A program made the position numbers and the translations under genes. Shown here piece after piece: positions 40,986-50,908 of a stretch of 64,000 bases of DNA; the stretch's first letter is position 1, and every line of letters begins with the position of its first letter. Origin of the DNA: Spirochaetia bacterium (GTDB lineage: Bacteria; Spirochaetota; Spirochaetia; SZUA-6; Bin103); assembly GCA_965198005.1 (NCBI GenBank), contig CBDAOI010000002.1:640001-704000 (forward strand), given 5' to 3'. The notes under the pieces are model-generated. The model did no database searches, was not told where the DNA came from, and saw only the letters and a list, made by a program, of their open reading frames with translations.

Positions 40986-41337
40986 GCGATGCTGCCGGGG
41001 CTGGCGCTCACCATCGTGGTCTACATCAGGATCTGCTGCCGTGGCTCGGAGCCGGGCTGCATCCGAACACGGGATTCGAGCCGCGCGTCATCAACCGTCC
41101 GGACGGCCGCGTCGGGCCTGGGGCAAAGCTGCGTGCGAACTGGCAAAGAAGGACTATCTCTCGTATGCTCGTAGTCAGGAGACGCGTGGTTACGCGCCGA
41201 GGCCACCCGTCCAGCCGCCGCCGCAGCCATCAGGGCAAACAACAACTTGGGGTGCACGCGGTCGTTGTACAGGGGCAAGGGTCGAATACGGGTGAATGCA
41301 GTCGATGCTACTGCTCTCGGGTGATGGGAGGTGTGAA

Positions 41338-41853
41338 GTGACTTCAGACGGGACCAAGGACTTGATCTGGCAAGAGCTCTTCAGAGTATCGACCCTGGTT
41401 AGATACTACGCACGTGTGGGCTCTTTTCAGTCAAAGTGCCAGACTCTCGCGCAGTTAGTGCTCTTTATTTCGTCCGCGGGAGCATTTGCATCAGTCGTGG
41501 AACTGCTCCCCGACATGGTCGGCGTAGTCTGCAGCGTAGCCATCGCTACGGTTGCAGTTGCATCAATTACCTGGAACAATCCTAACAGGGTGGCAACGAT
41601 ATTGTCGGCTAGTAGCGGATGCCGAAAAGCAGAATCAAGGGCGACGTTGCTGTGGCAAGAGGCAGAACGTATTGACGATCCTACAGCTCTCAGGGAATGG
41701 CAAAGTTTGGAAGATGAGATAGAGGCCGCTACAGGTCCTGTTGAAAAAGCAGGCATCGGATATAGTAAGCGGCTGAACGAGCGATGTGCCGAAGAAGCGA
41801 AGCAAGTAATGGGATGGCAGCCCGCTTCAGGAACTGTCCCTGTTCTACAATAG
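41338..41853 (+). CDS. Two-TM hypothetical protein (SLATT-like architecture)
   Basis: GTG after GGGAGG; W....RYY, two hydrophobic helices, helical C-terminus; AT-richer than flanks. Confidence 0.55.
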   Translation: MTSDGTKDLIWQELFRVSTLVRYYARVGSFQSKCQTLAQLVLFISSAGAFASVVELLPDMVGVVCSVAIATVAVASITWNNPNRVATILSASSGCRKAESRATLLWQEAERIDDPTALREWQSLEDEIEAATGPVEKAGIGYSKRLNERCAEEAKQVMGWQPASGTVPVLQ

Positions 41854-42093
41854 CCGACGCGACGCGTCGGATTCGCTCCATGGATTCCTTCCAGTGCAGC
41901 ACGGGCAACATCTCCCAGGCTTCCGCCGAGACTCCTGCTGATCGACTCGATGAGTTCCGCAGCCCGCTCTCCTCGATTCCCACATCTCTGATCGTGCAGT
42001 AGTCCGCTTCGGCCTGCTTGCCCGTCGCTTGTCTGCAAATCCTGTTAATGTCAATGTTGATTCGGGCCCCCGGGCAGCAGTAGTCAGGAACGA

Positions 42094-43317
42094 ATGACAC
42101 CCAAGGCACAGGCTGGAGGCGGCGACGGCAGCGGGTATCGGATGCTCGACGGCATCCCGGTCTGGGGCGAGCCGGACCCGGGAACGGTGGAGCAGATGCG
42201 GCGCTGCGCCGAGCCTGCCGAACACGCCGCCCTCATGGCCGACCACCACCTCGGCTACGCCGTGCCGATCGGCGGCGTAGTCGCCTACGCGGACCGGATC
42301 AGTCCGTCCGGAGTCGGTTACGACATCTCCTGCGGTTGCAAGGCGGTGCTGCTGGACGCCGACGCCGGGGAGGTCCGCCGCAACATCCGCCCGATCATGG
42401 ACGACCTGTGGCGCACCCTGTCGTTCGGCATCGGCCGCAAGAACCCGGAGCCGGTGGAACACGAGCTGTTCGACGACGACCCGGCGTGGGACCTCGCCGA
42501 GGCTGCCGCGCTGCGTGACTTGGCGCGCACGCAACTCGGCACGATCGGCTCGGGCAACCACTACGTCGACCTGTTCGCCGACCAGCGCAGCCGCGTCTGG
42601 GTGGGCGTCCACTTCGGCTCGCGCGGCCTCGGCCACAAGCTCGCGACTTACTTCGTCAAGGCCGGCGGCGGCCGCGACGGCATGCACGTCGATCCGGTGC
42701 TGCTGGACGCCGCAAGCGACCTGGGGCGAGAGTACCTCGCCTGCATGCAGCTCGCCGGGCGCTACGCCTACGCGGGCCGCGACTGGGTGTGCGCGCGGGT
42801 CGCCCGGCTGCTCGGCGCCCACATCCTCGACGAGGTGCACAACCACCACAACTTCGCCTGGCGCGAGCGCCACTTCGGGCAGGATCTCTGGGTGGTGCGC
42901 AAGGGCGCGACTCCCGCCTTCCCCGGCCAGCGCGGCTTCGTCGGCGGCAGCATGGGAGACATCTCGGTGATCATCGAAGGGCTTGGCGGCGCGGAATCGG
43001 AGTTGGCGCTGCACTCCACCATCCACGGCGCCGGCCGCGTCCTGTCGCGTCGCCAGGCGGCCGGCAAGGCGCGGTTCCGCGGCGGGCGGCGTGTCCAGCT
43101 CAGCGAGGGTCGGATCAGCCGCGCGATGATGCAGGAGTGGCTGGATCGGCGCGGCGTGGAGCTGCGCGGTGCCGGCACCGACGAATCACCGCACTGCTAC
43201 AAGCGGATCGAGCAGGTGCTGCGCTACCACGACGCCACCATCCGCGTGCTGCACGTGCTTCAGCCGATCGGCGTCGCGATGGCAGCGCCGGCCGAGATCG
43301 ACCCCTTTCGGGATTGA
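42094..43317 (+). CDS. rtcB: RtcB-family RNA ligase
   Basis: VGYDISCG, GSGNHY, HFGSRG, HNHHN, RKGAT, HGAGR, DESP..YK. Confidence 0.93.
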   Translation: MTPKAQAGGGDGSGYRMLDGIPVWGEPDPGTVEQMRRCAEPAEHAALMADHHLGYAVPIGGVVAYADRISPSGVGYDISCGCKAVLLDADAGEVRRNIRPIMDDLWRTLSFGIGRKNPEPVEHELFDDDPAWDLAEAAALRDLARTQLGTIGSGNHYVDLFADQRSRVWVGVHFGSRGLGHKLATYFVKAGGGRDGMHVDPVLLDAASDLGREYLACMQLAGRYAYAGRDWVCARVARLLGAHILDEVHNHHNFAWRERHFGQDLWVVRKGATPAFPGQRGFVGGSMGDISVIIEGLGGAESELALHSTIHGAGRVLSRRQAAGKARFRGGRRVQLSEGRISRAMMQEWLDRRGVELRGAGTDESPHCYKRIEQVLRYHDATIRVLHVLQPIGVAMAAPAEIDPFRD

Positions 43318-43354
43318 TTCCCGCGGCTGCAACGGTCTAGACTGGCGGGCTATC

Positions 43355-43367
43355 CTGTGTTACACAG
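43355..43367. promoter_or_regulatory. Putative TA operator palindrome
   Basis: CTGTGT-T-ACACAG about 20 bp upstream of the antitoxin start. Confidence 0.5.
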
Positions 43368-43385
43368 AAGTCGTGGATCTGCCCT

Positions 43386-43676
43386 ATGAAGAACATCACC
43401 GTATCGGTTGACGAAGCAACCCACCGGCTTGCTCGTGTCCGGGCGGCCGAGCTGGACACGTCAGTCTCGGCGCTGGTGCGAGACTATCTCAGAGGTCTGG
43501 CACGCGGGCGTCACGACGAGCCTGCGGAGAGATCGCGAGCCGCGGAGACGCCGCGCGAGCGCCGCCGCAGGCTCATCAACGAAGTGTTCGAGGACGTCCG
43601 CGTCACGCGCAGCGGCTTCAATTCGTCCGAGAACATGCCACGCGACGAGTTGTACGAACGACGTGCGCTTCGTTGA
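43386..43676 (+). CDS. RHH/CopG-type antitoxin (VapB-like)
   Basis: MKNITVSVD...ARVRAAE.DTSVSALVRDYL...RDELYER; overlaps the PIN gene. Confidence 0.85.
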   Translation: MKNITVSVDEATHRLARVRAAELDTSVSALVRDYLRGLARGRHDEPAERSRAAETPRERRRRLINEVFEDVRVTRSGFNSSENMPRDELYERRALR

Positions 43677-44130
43677 TACCAACGTGCTGATCTACGCGGT
43701 CAGCCCGTCCCCACAAGAGGCGGACAAGCGCCGTAGAGCCCAAGAGTTGCTGGAACACGGCGATCTCACCCTGTCGGTACAGGTTCTGCAGGAGTTCTAT
43801 CATCAGGTGACGCGGCCCAACCGAACGGACCCGCTCACCGACGGCCAAGCGTTGGGCTTCATCGACTCCATCGACAGTTTTGCGGTGCAACCGGTGACGC
43901 TGGAGCTGTTTCGCGCCGCGGTGGCGATCAGCCGGCGCTTCAAACTGTCGTATTGGGACGGAGCGATTCTCGCCGCGGCGCGTGCCGCGGGATGCGACGC
44001 GGTCTATTCGGAAGACCTCAGCTCGGAGCAGGACTACGACGGCCTTCGGGTGATTGATCCGTTCCGGGAAGAACCCGACGCCGAAGGACTTCGGGCGCCT
44101 ACGAGCACGGACGCGACGCTACCACACTGA
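43663..44130 (+). CDS. PIN-domain toxin (VapC-like)
   Basis: FVDTNVLIYA, SVQVLQEF, LSYWD..I.AAA, YSEDL. Confidence 0.9.
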   Translation: MRFVDTNVLIYAVSPSPQEADKRRRAQELLEHGDLTLSVQVLQEFYHQVTRPNRTDPLTDGQALGFIDSIDSFAVQPVTLELFRAAVAISRRFKLSYWDGAILAAARAAGCDAVYSEDLSSEQDYDGLRVIDPFREEPDAEGLRAPTSTDATLPH

Positions 44131-44263
44131 GGGAATGCACGCACGACGCCACCATCCGCGTGCTGCATGTGCTTGAGCCGATCGGCGTGGCGATGGCAGC
44201 GCCGGACGAGAACTAGCGCCCCGAAACCGTCGCCCGCGGCGTCGCAGTAAGACAAATTCATGC

Positions 44264-44324
44264 TTGACGGCGGCAGCACTCCGGCTTTAGCTTAATAGTG
44301 TACTAAATAAGTAGTACACTATTA
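44264..44324 (+). promoter_or_regulatory. Promoter and GntR/YtrA-type operator of the ABC operon
   Basis: TTGACG-N18-TAGCTT; perfect inverted repeat TAATAGTGTACTA-N6-TAGTACACTATTA (44293-44324). Confidence 0.8.
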
Positions 44325-44343
44325 CAGAGAGCACGGGAGGAGA

Positions 44344-45225
44344 GTGCTGATGGTTGACCTTCAGGGAATCACGTTCGGGTACGGCAGAGGCGAGCGGCTG
44401 TTCGATGGCCTCGGTCTGACGCTCACGCCCGGCAACGTATATGGGCTGCTCGGGCGCAACGGCGCCGGCAAGACGACGCTGCTGCGGCTGATGGCGGGGT
44501 TGCTGTTCCCCAAGGCGGGCAGCGCCCGCGTCGCCGGCGAAGAGGCCGGCCGCCGCACCCCGTCGTTTCTGCGCGAGCTGTACTTCGTACCGGAGGAGTT
44601 TTTCACGCCGGCGCTGTCGCCGCGCGCGCTGGTCAGGCTGTACGGAGTGTTCTATCCCCGCTTCGATCACGCGGGAATGGAGCGCTACCTGAGCGACCTG
44701 GAGGTCGATCCGGAGCGGAGCATGACCGCCATGTCCTATGGCCAGAAGAAGAAGGTACTGCTCGCCTTCGCCGTGGCCAGCCGGTGCCGGCTGCTGATCC
44801 TCGACGAGCCGACCAACGGGCTGGACATTCCCGCCAAGAGCCAGTTCCGCCGCCTGCTCGCCGGCGCCGCGGCCGGTGACCGGGTGATCGTCGTCTCCAC
44901 CCACCAGGTGCGGGACCTGGAGCATCTGATCGACCCGATCGTGATCCTCGAGCAGGGGGCGATCGTGTTTCAGCACTCGGTGGAGGAGATCTCGGCCGCT
45001 CTGGCGGTGCACGACGCTGCTGCCGCGGGGGCGCCGAGCGATGGCCTTTTCGCCATCTACGTCGAGCCTGGCACCGGTTTGGGCGGCACGCCGGCCGGTC
45101 GTGCTCTGGTGCCGGCCACCGGCAGGTCCCCGCTGTCGGAGGCGGCCGTCGACCTGGAACTGCTGTTCAATTCGGTGGTTGCCGATCACCGGCGCGTGGA
45201 GGCGGCGTTCGCCGGGAGGATATGA
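44344..45225 (+). CDS. ABC transporter ATP-binding protein (YtrB-like)
   Basis: GRNGAGKTT, MSYGQ, LDEPTNGLD, STH. Confidence 0.92.
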   Translation: MLMVDLQGITFGYGRGERLFDGLGLTLTPGNVYGLLGRNGAGKTTLLRLMAGLLFPKAGSARVAGEEAGRRTPSFLRELYFVPEEFFTPALSPRALVRLYGVFYPRFDHAGMERYLSDLEVDPERSMTAMSYGQKKKVLLAFAVASRCRLLILDEPTNGLDIPAKSQFRRLLAGAAAGDRVIVVSTHQVRDLEHLIDPIVILEQGAIVFQHSVEEISAALAVHDAAAAGAPSDGLFAIYVEPGTGLGGTPAGRALVPATGRSPLSEAAVDLELLFNSVVADHRRVEAAFAGRI

Positions 45226-45995
45226 TGCACGTCAACAAGTTGTTTTCGCTGGCGCGGGCGTGGTATGCGTTGCGCGCCGATCTCCAGCAGCAGAGCCGGG
45301 CGGTCCTGGTCGGGGCGGGCGCGGCTACGGCCCTGATCCTGGCCGTCAACGTAACCTCGGCAGAAACCGCGTTCGGCTGGGACTTTCACGCGGTGTTCTT
45401 TCCGCTGGCGTTGGTCGTCGCTGGTTTCTGTTTTGCCAGTACGCTGTTCGCGGATCTGCACGACAAGCCGCGGGCGCACGCCTACCTGACGCTGCCGATC
45501 TCGACGCTGGAGCGCTGGGCGGTACGGTTGCTGGTCTCCACCCTCGGTTACGCCGCCGCGGCTCTGGTCGGCTACTTCCTGGTGACCCTGCTTGGAGCCG
45601 GCGTCAGCCAGCTCGTCTGGGGAAGGTCGCATGCCATCTTCGTGCCGGACGCCGACGCCTGGCGCACGATTCTGGCGTACCTGGTGACCAGCTCGCTGTT
45701 CCTGTTCGGCGCGGTGTACTTCCGCCGCTGGCACGCGTTCAAGGTGATCCTGGCCATTGCCGGGTTATGGTTTACGCTGGTGCTGCTCGCCGCCGGCCTG
45801 GCGTGGCTCCTGTTCCCGGGGCTTCCCGTGTTCTCGGCGTTGTCCGGTCACTTCGACGGGCGCACATTGGGATTGAACATCCCCCCGCGCCTCGAGGGGG
45901 CGATCGTCCTGGGCGCGAAGATCTTCTTCTGGGCGGTCATGGGTCCCCTGTTCTGGTTCCTGACCTATCGGCGCCTGAGTGAAGCGGAAGTGTGA
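45222..45995 (+). CDS. ABC-2-type membrane protein
   Basis: About six hydrophobic segments; LTLP.S..E motif; coupled to the ATPase gene. Confidence 0.8.
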   Translation: MMHVNKLFSLARAWYALRADLQQQSRAVLVGAGAATALILAVNVTSAETAFGWDFHAVFFPLALVVAGFCFASTLFADLHDKPRAHAYLTLPISTLERWAVRLLVSTLGYAAAALVGYFLVTLLGAGVSQLVWGRSHAIFVPDADAWRTILAYLVTSSLFLFGAVYFRRWHAFKVILAIAGLWFTLVLLAAGLAWLLFPGLPVFSALSGHFDGRTLGLNIPPRLEGAIVLGAKIFFWAVMGPLFWFLTYRRLSEAEV

Positions 45996-46390
45996 CCGTG
46001 GAGTTCACCCAACCGCAAGCCATCTATCTGCAGATCGGCGACTACATCTGCGAGAACATCCTGCGCCGCCTCTGGCAGGGCGGAGATCGGATTCCGTCGA
46101 TCCGTGAGCTGGCGATGGACGTGCAGGTGAATCCCAACACCGTCACCCGTACCTACGCCTACCTCCAGGACCAGGGCATCATCTACAACCGGCGCGGCAT
46201 CGGCTACTTCGTGGCCGATCGCGCGTATCATCAAGCGCGCGAACTCAAACGCCGCAGCTTCGTGGACCGCGACCTGCCGCAACTGTTCAAGACCATGGAC
46301 CTGCTCGGCCTGGAGCTGGGCGATCTGGAACGCCACGACCTCGACCGGCGCCGCCCAGCGGCGCGAACTGAAGGAGCATTCATTCAATGA
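45992..46390 (+). CDS. GntR-family regulator (YtrA subfamily)
   Basis: IYLQI, IPSIRELA..VNPNTV.R.Y..L, RRGIGYFV; short C-terminus. Confidence 0.92.
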   Translation: MTVEFTQPQAIYLQIGDYICENILRRLWQGGDRIPSIRELAMDVQVNPNTVTRTYAYLQDQGIIYNRRGIGYFVADRAYHQARELKRRSFVDRDLPQLFKTMDLLGLELGDLERHDLDRRRPAARTEGAFIQ

Positions 46391-47094
46391 ACACCAATCG
46401 GAACACCAATCGAATACTGGCGACCCTGGGAGTCGTCCTCGTCCTGCTCACCGTAGGAGCCCTGGTGGCGATTCGCGTGTTCGCCGCGCCGGGCCGCGAG
46501 CACCGGGAGGGCGGACCTGCCGCCGATGCCGCCGAACGGCAGCTTGCGGTGGAGCGGTTCACCGGCGTAGAGCTCCACGGCGGGTGGAAGCTGCAGTTCA
46601 CGCGGGCCTCGGAGTACAGCGCGGTGCTGATGGGGGACCGGGAAACCGTCGATGCGGCCGAGGTCTCGACCGCCGGCGACCGGCTCAGCATCCACCTGAA
46701 CGGGAGAATCAGAGACGATCGGTCCGTGCGGATCATCATCACCGCGCCGACGATCTCGGCGCTGACCTTGGCCGGAGCCGTCGACGGCCGGATCGCCGGG
46801 CTCGAAGCAACGCAGCTCACGGTGGTCACCGCAGGAGCGTCCAAGCTGGTCTTCAAGGACAGCACCATTGGTGACTTGATGCTGGAGACCGCGGGCGCCG
46901 CCAACATCGACCTGGGCGCGTCTCTGGTAGAAAACGCAGTGCTCGACATGGCGGGAGCCAGCCAGCTCACGATCAATCTGAACGGCGGCTCGCTGACCGG
47001 GCGGGTGCGCGGTGTCGGCAACGTCAGCTACACGGGCGATGCGAGCACGGTGGATCTCGACACCGCCGCGCTGGTGAAGGTCGGCCGCAAGTAG
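46387..47094 (+). CDS. GIN/DUF2807-like beta-solenoid protein with N-terminal membrane anchor
   Basis: N-terminal TM helix; repeated ..GA..I/L units; G.GNVSY.G. Confidence 0.75.
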   Translation: MNTNRNTNRILATLGVVLVLLTVGALVAIRVFAAPGREHREGGPAADAAERQLAVERFTGVELHGGWKLQFTRASEYSAVLMGDRETVDAAEVSTAGDRLSIHLNGRIRDDRSVRIIITAPTISALTLAGAVDGRIAGLEATQLTVVTAGASKLVFKDSTIGDLMLETAGAANIDLGASLVENAVLDMAGASQLTINLNGGSLTGRVRGVGNVSYTGDASTVDLDTAALVKVGRK

Positions 47095-47302
47095 CTCGCA
47101 CGGCGCGCAGGGCGGCGCGTCCGCAAACCGGCTTATCGGCACGCCGTGGATCCTTGGGAACACCACCCGTGGTTCCGGCTGCGGCTGCTGAAGTACAGCA
47201 TCCGGATCTGGGATTGGCCGGGAGTGCCGCGCTACGCGCACCTGTTGATCGACCAGACGCAGGCGGGCGGCAACGAAGACCTGCGGCGGATCGTGGTGTA
47301 CA

Positions 47303-49078
47303 TTGCGACCACGACACCGGCACCGCCAACGGGTACTCACCATCCGCGCGCTCCGTCACCTGATTCCACTCCTGGGCCGCTACGCGTTGCCGCTGGCGGC
47401 GGGCTTTGCGTTCATGCTGGCCCAGAACTGGGGGTTTGCGCGCATCCCGGTGTGGATCCAGCGCCTGCTGGACGAGATCGTGGGCGCCAACCGGCTGCCG
47501 GTGGTGCGCGCCGCCGCGCTGGCCGCGGTCGGGTTCACCGTGCTGGCCGGCGGCTGCATGTTCCTGATGCGCAAGCTGATCATCGGGGTCTCGCGGCGCA
47601 TCGAGTACGATCTCCGGGATGCGCTGTTCCGGCGCCTGATCAGCCTGCAGTATGACTTCTTCCAGCGCCGCCGCACCGGCGACCTGATCTCGCGCTGCAC
47701 CAACGACCTGACCGACGTCCGCATGCTGCTCGGCCCGGCAATGATGTACATCCCGGACGCCCTGTCGCGGCTGGCGCTGTTCCTGCCGCTGCTGCTGGAG
47801 CTGCACCTGCTGATGACCATGGCGCTGCTGCTGGTGGCGGCCCTGCTGGTGGCGGTCAACCTGGTGGTGGTCCCCCGCTTCCGGCCGCTGTTCCGCACGG
47901 TGCAGGAGCAGGTGGCGGCGATCAGCGACCACGCGTGGCAGACCGTCACCGGCATCACCACGGTCAAGCTGTACGCCGCCGAGGCACAACAGACGGCGCA
48001 GTTCGCGCGGCTCAACCGCCGCTACGTGCGCGCCAACATGCGGGTGCTGCGAATTCGCGGGCTGCTGTGGCCGCTGATGGGACTGGTGTTCGGGCTGCTG
48101 CAACTGGTGACGCTGTGGCTGGGCGGGTCGGCGGTGATCCGCGGCGAGCTGAGCATCGGCGAGCTGCTGCAGTTCTCGACCATGGTGGCGTTGCTCGCGT
48201 TCCCGATCATGTCGCTGGGCTGGGTCACCTCGCTGCTGCAGCAGGGGGTGAGCGCGATGGAACGCATCGAGACCATCCTGACCGCCCGTCCGGAGGAACG
48301 CACGGGGGCGGCGCTGCCGGCCGGCGGTGTGCGCTTCGCGCTGGAAGGAGTGCGCTACCGCTACCCGGAGGCGGCGCAGGAAGCGCTGCACGGGATCGAC
48401 CTGCGGCTCGAACCGGGCGAGACGGTGGCGATCACCGGGCCGGTGGGGAGCGGCAAGAGCACGCTGCTGGCGCTGCTGACCGCGATCGTGCAGCCCGGCG
48501 CCGGGCGCGTCACGGTGGCGGGGCGGCCACTGGCCGACTTCGATCCGCTGGCGCTGCGCCGGCGGGTGGCGGTGGTGCCGCAGGAGACGTTCCTGTTCTC
48601 GATGACCGTGGCCGAGAACATCGCGATGGGAGCGGAGGACGCGGTGTCCCGGGAGCAGATTGCAGCGGCCGCGGACGCCGCCGCCCTGAGCGCGGACCTC
48701 GCCACCTTCCCGGACGGCTACGACCAACTCGTCGGCGAGCGCGGCATCACCCTCTCCGGCGGCCAGAAGCAACGCCTGGCCCTGGCCCGCGCGCTGGTCA
48801 GGGAGAGCGACCTGCTGATCCTCGACGACGCGCTCTCCAGCGTCGATTCGGCCACCGAAACCGAGATCCTGGCCGCGTTGCGGGGGCAGGCCGGGAGCCC
48901 GGCGCGCACCGTGCTGCTGGTGTCGCAGCGCACCTCGGCGCTACGGCTGGCCGACCGCATTCTGGTGCTGGACGGAGGCCGCATCGTGGAGCAGGGCAGC
49001 CACGACGAGCTGCTGCGCGCCGGCGGCCGCTACGCGCGGCAGGCGGAGCTGCAGCGGCTGGAGCAGTACCTGGCATGA
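47303..49078 (+). CDS. ABC exporter, permease + ATPase (start uncertain)
   Basis: TGDLISR.TND, GPVGSGKS, LSGGQKQR, LDDALSSVD. Confidence 0.9.
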   Translation: MRPRHRHRQRVLTIRALRHLIPLLGRYALPLAAGFAFMLAQNWGFARIPVWIQRLLDEIVGANRLPVVRAAALAAVGFTVLAGGCMFLMRKLIIGVSRRIEYDLRDALFRRLISLQYDFFQRRRTGDLISRCTNDLTDVRMLLGPAMMYIPDALSRLALFLPLLLELHLLMTMALLLVAALLVAVNLVVVPRFRPLFRTVQEQVAAISDHAWQTVTGITTVKLYAAEAQQTAQFARLNRRYVRANMRVLRIRGLLWPLMGLVFGLLQLVTLWLGGSAVIRGELSIGELLQFSTMVALLAFPIMSLGWVTSLLQQGVSAMERIETILTARPEERTGAALPAGGVRFALEGVRYRYPEAAQEALHGIDLRLEPGETVAITGPVGSGKSTLLALLTAIVQPGAGRVTVAGRPLADFDPLALRRRVAVVPQETFLFSMTVAENIAMGAEDAVSREQIAAAADAAALSADLATFPDGYDQLVGERGITLSGGQKQRLALARALVRESDLLILDDALSSVDSATETEILAALRGQAGSPARTVLLVSQRTSALRLADRILVLDGGRIVEQGSHDELLRAGGRYARQAELQRLEQYLA

Positions 49079-50868
49079 CCGAGGGGCCCCGCGACCTGCG
49101 GCTGCTGGCACGGCTGCTGCGCTACGTGCGCGCGCATCCGCTGCCGCTGGCGGCCGCGGCGCTGCTGGTGCTGGTCACCGACTTGCTGCAGGTGCTGGTG
49201 CCGTACCTGCTCAAGGTGGGCATCGACCGCGACCTGGCGGCCGGCGACCCGGCCGGCCTGGCGCGCACCTCGCTGCTGCTGGCCGCGACCCTGACCGGAC
49301 AGCTCGGCGGCCAGGTGGCGTTCGCCTACACCGTGGAGTACCTGGGCCAGCGCCTGCTCTACGACCTGCGCATGCACCTGTTCCGCAAGGTGCTCGGCCT
49401 GGGCCACGACTACTTCGACCGCACCGCGGTCGGCGCCACCCTCACCAACGTCACCAGCGACGTCGAGGCGATCCGCCAGTTCATCTCCCAGGGGCTGGTC
49501 TCCCTGCTCGGCGACTCGTTCCAGGTGCTGGTGATTCTCGGCGCCATGCTGTTGATCAACTCGCGGCTGGCGCTGGCGGCGTTCCTCACCCTGCCGTTCT
49601 TCGGCGTGGTCACCTGGCTGTTCCGCAACGCCATCCGCCACGACTACGGCGCGGTGCGCGAGGCCAACGCCGAAATCAACACCACCCTGGTCGAGGCGAT
49701 TACCGGCATGCGCGAGGTGACCCTGCTCAACTACCAGCGGCGGATCCTGGCCACCTTCACCGCCCACAACCGCCGCTACCTGGAAGCGTTCCTGCGGGTG
49801 GTCAACTCCTACTCCTATTACTTCCCCGCCCTGGAGCTGCTCGCCACGCTCAGCCTGATCATCATCCTCGGCTACGCCCACCGCGCGCTGGGGACCGCGG
49901 TGCAGCCGGGCGAGATCTTCGCCTTCTTCGCCTACATCATGATGCTGTACCGGCCGTTGCGGCAGTTGGCCGAACGGTTCAACACGTTTCAGGCCACCCT
50001 GGCCGCGGCCAGCCGCATTTTCCGCCTGCTCGACCGCGCCGAGTCGATCACCGAGCCTGAACGTCCGCGGCTGCCGGCGGGGGCCGGGCGCGGCGACGGC
50101 CGCGGAACGCCGGCGGCGGCGGTGGCGTTGCATGACGTGCGGTTCGGCTACGACGCGGCCCACCCGGTGCTGGAGGGCCTGTCGTTCGCGGTCGAGCCGG
50201 GCGAACGGGTGGCGCTGGTAGGCAGCACCGGAGCCGGCAAGAGCACCGTGATCAACCTCGTCAACCGGCTGTATGACGTGCAGCACGGGCGGGTGCTGGT
50301 GGACGGCACCGACGTGCGCCGCCTGCCCCTGGCCTACCTGCGCCGGCGGATCGCCACCGTGCCGCAGGACCTGTTCCTGTTCAGCGGCTCGATCGCCGAC
50401 AACATCTCGCTGGGCGCGCCCCGCGTGACCCGCGCCCAGGTGGAGGCGGCGGCCGACGCGGTGGGCGCGACCCGGTTCATCCGCGCCCTGCCGCGCGGCT
50501 TCGACCACGACGTGCTGGAGGAGGGCAAGTCGCTCTCCTCGGGCCAGAAACAGTTGCTCGCCTTCGCCCGCGCCTTCCTGCTCGACCCCGGCGTGGTGAT
50601 CATGGACGAAGCCACCGCCAGCGTCGACGCCGAATCGGAACGGGTCATCGAGACCGCGCTCGACACCCTGCTGCACGGCCGCACCGCGATCATCATCGCC
50701 CACCGCCTGTCCACGATCCGCTCGGCGCAACGCATCCTGGTGCTCCACCACGGCCGCCTGGTGGAGGCCGGCACCCACGCCCACCTCCTGGCCCACGACG
50801 GCGTCTACGCCCGCCTCTACCGCGTGCAGCTCCTGTCCCTGGCGCCGGACGCCACCGCCGCCGGGTAG
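49075..50868 (+). CDS. ABC exporter, permease + ATPase (heterodimer partner)
   Basis: GSTGAGKS, LSSGQKQL, MDEATASVD, IAHRLST; ATGA overlap with the upstream gene. Confidence 0.92.
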   Translation: MTEGPRDLRLLARLLRYVRAHPLPLAAAALLVLVTDLLQVLVPYLLKVGIDRDLAAGDPAGLARTSLLLAATLTGQLGGQVAFAYTVEYLGQRLLYDLRMHLFRKVLGLGHDYFDRTAVGATLTNVTSDVEAIRQFISQGLVSLLGDSFQVLVILGAMLLINSRLALAAFLTLPFFGVVTWLFRNAIRHDYGAVREANAEINTTLVEAITGMREVTLLNYQRRILATFTAHNRRYLEAFLRVVNSYSYYFPALELLATLSLIIILGYAHRALGTAVQPGEIFAFFAYIMMLYRPLRQLAERFNTFQATLAAASRIFRLLDRAESITEPERPRLPAGAGRGDGRGTPAAAVALHDVRFGYDAAHPVLEGLSFAVEPGERVALVGSTGAGKSTVINLVNRLYDVQHGRVLVDGTDVRRLPLAYLRRRIATVPQDLFLFSGSIADNISLGAPRVTRAQVEAAADAVGATRFIRALPRGFDHDVLEEGKSLSSGQKQLLAFARAFLLDPGVVIMDEATASVDAESERVIETALDTLLHGRTAIIIAHRLSTIRSAQRILVLHHGRLVEAGTHAHLLAHDGVYARLYRVQLLSLAPDATAAG

Positions 50869-50908
50869 TCTCCCGGCGGCGTGCGGCGAGCCGCAACGGA
50901 CGGTGAAG

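Larger units (their letters stand above)
43228..44210 (+). repeat. 69-bp direct repeat of the rtcB 3' region (43228-43296 and 44142-44210) flanking a TA module
   Basis: CACGACGCCACCATCCGCGTGCTGCA... in both copies, 4 mismatches by eye. Confidence 0.9.

Noticed and set aside
41860-42090. Possible small minus-strand ORFs between the 2TM gene and rtcB
   Set aside because: No recognisable motif or convincing start
47146-47310. Short protein-like stretch (DPWEHHPWFRLRLLKYSIRIWDWP...) before the ABC exporter
   Set aside because: Could be a gene fragment, but no family recognised and it runs into the ABC gene out of frame
47935-50868. 977-aa ORF as one long ABC protein
   Set aside because: The N-terminal ~380 aa are an off-frame read-through of the preceding ABC gene; the real start is ATG 49075
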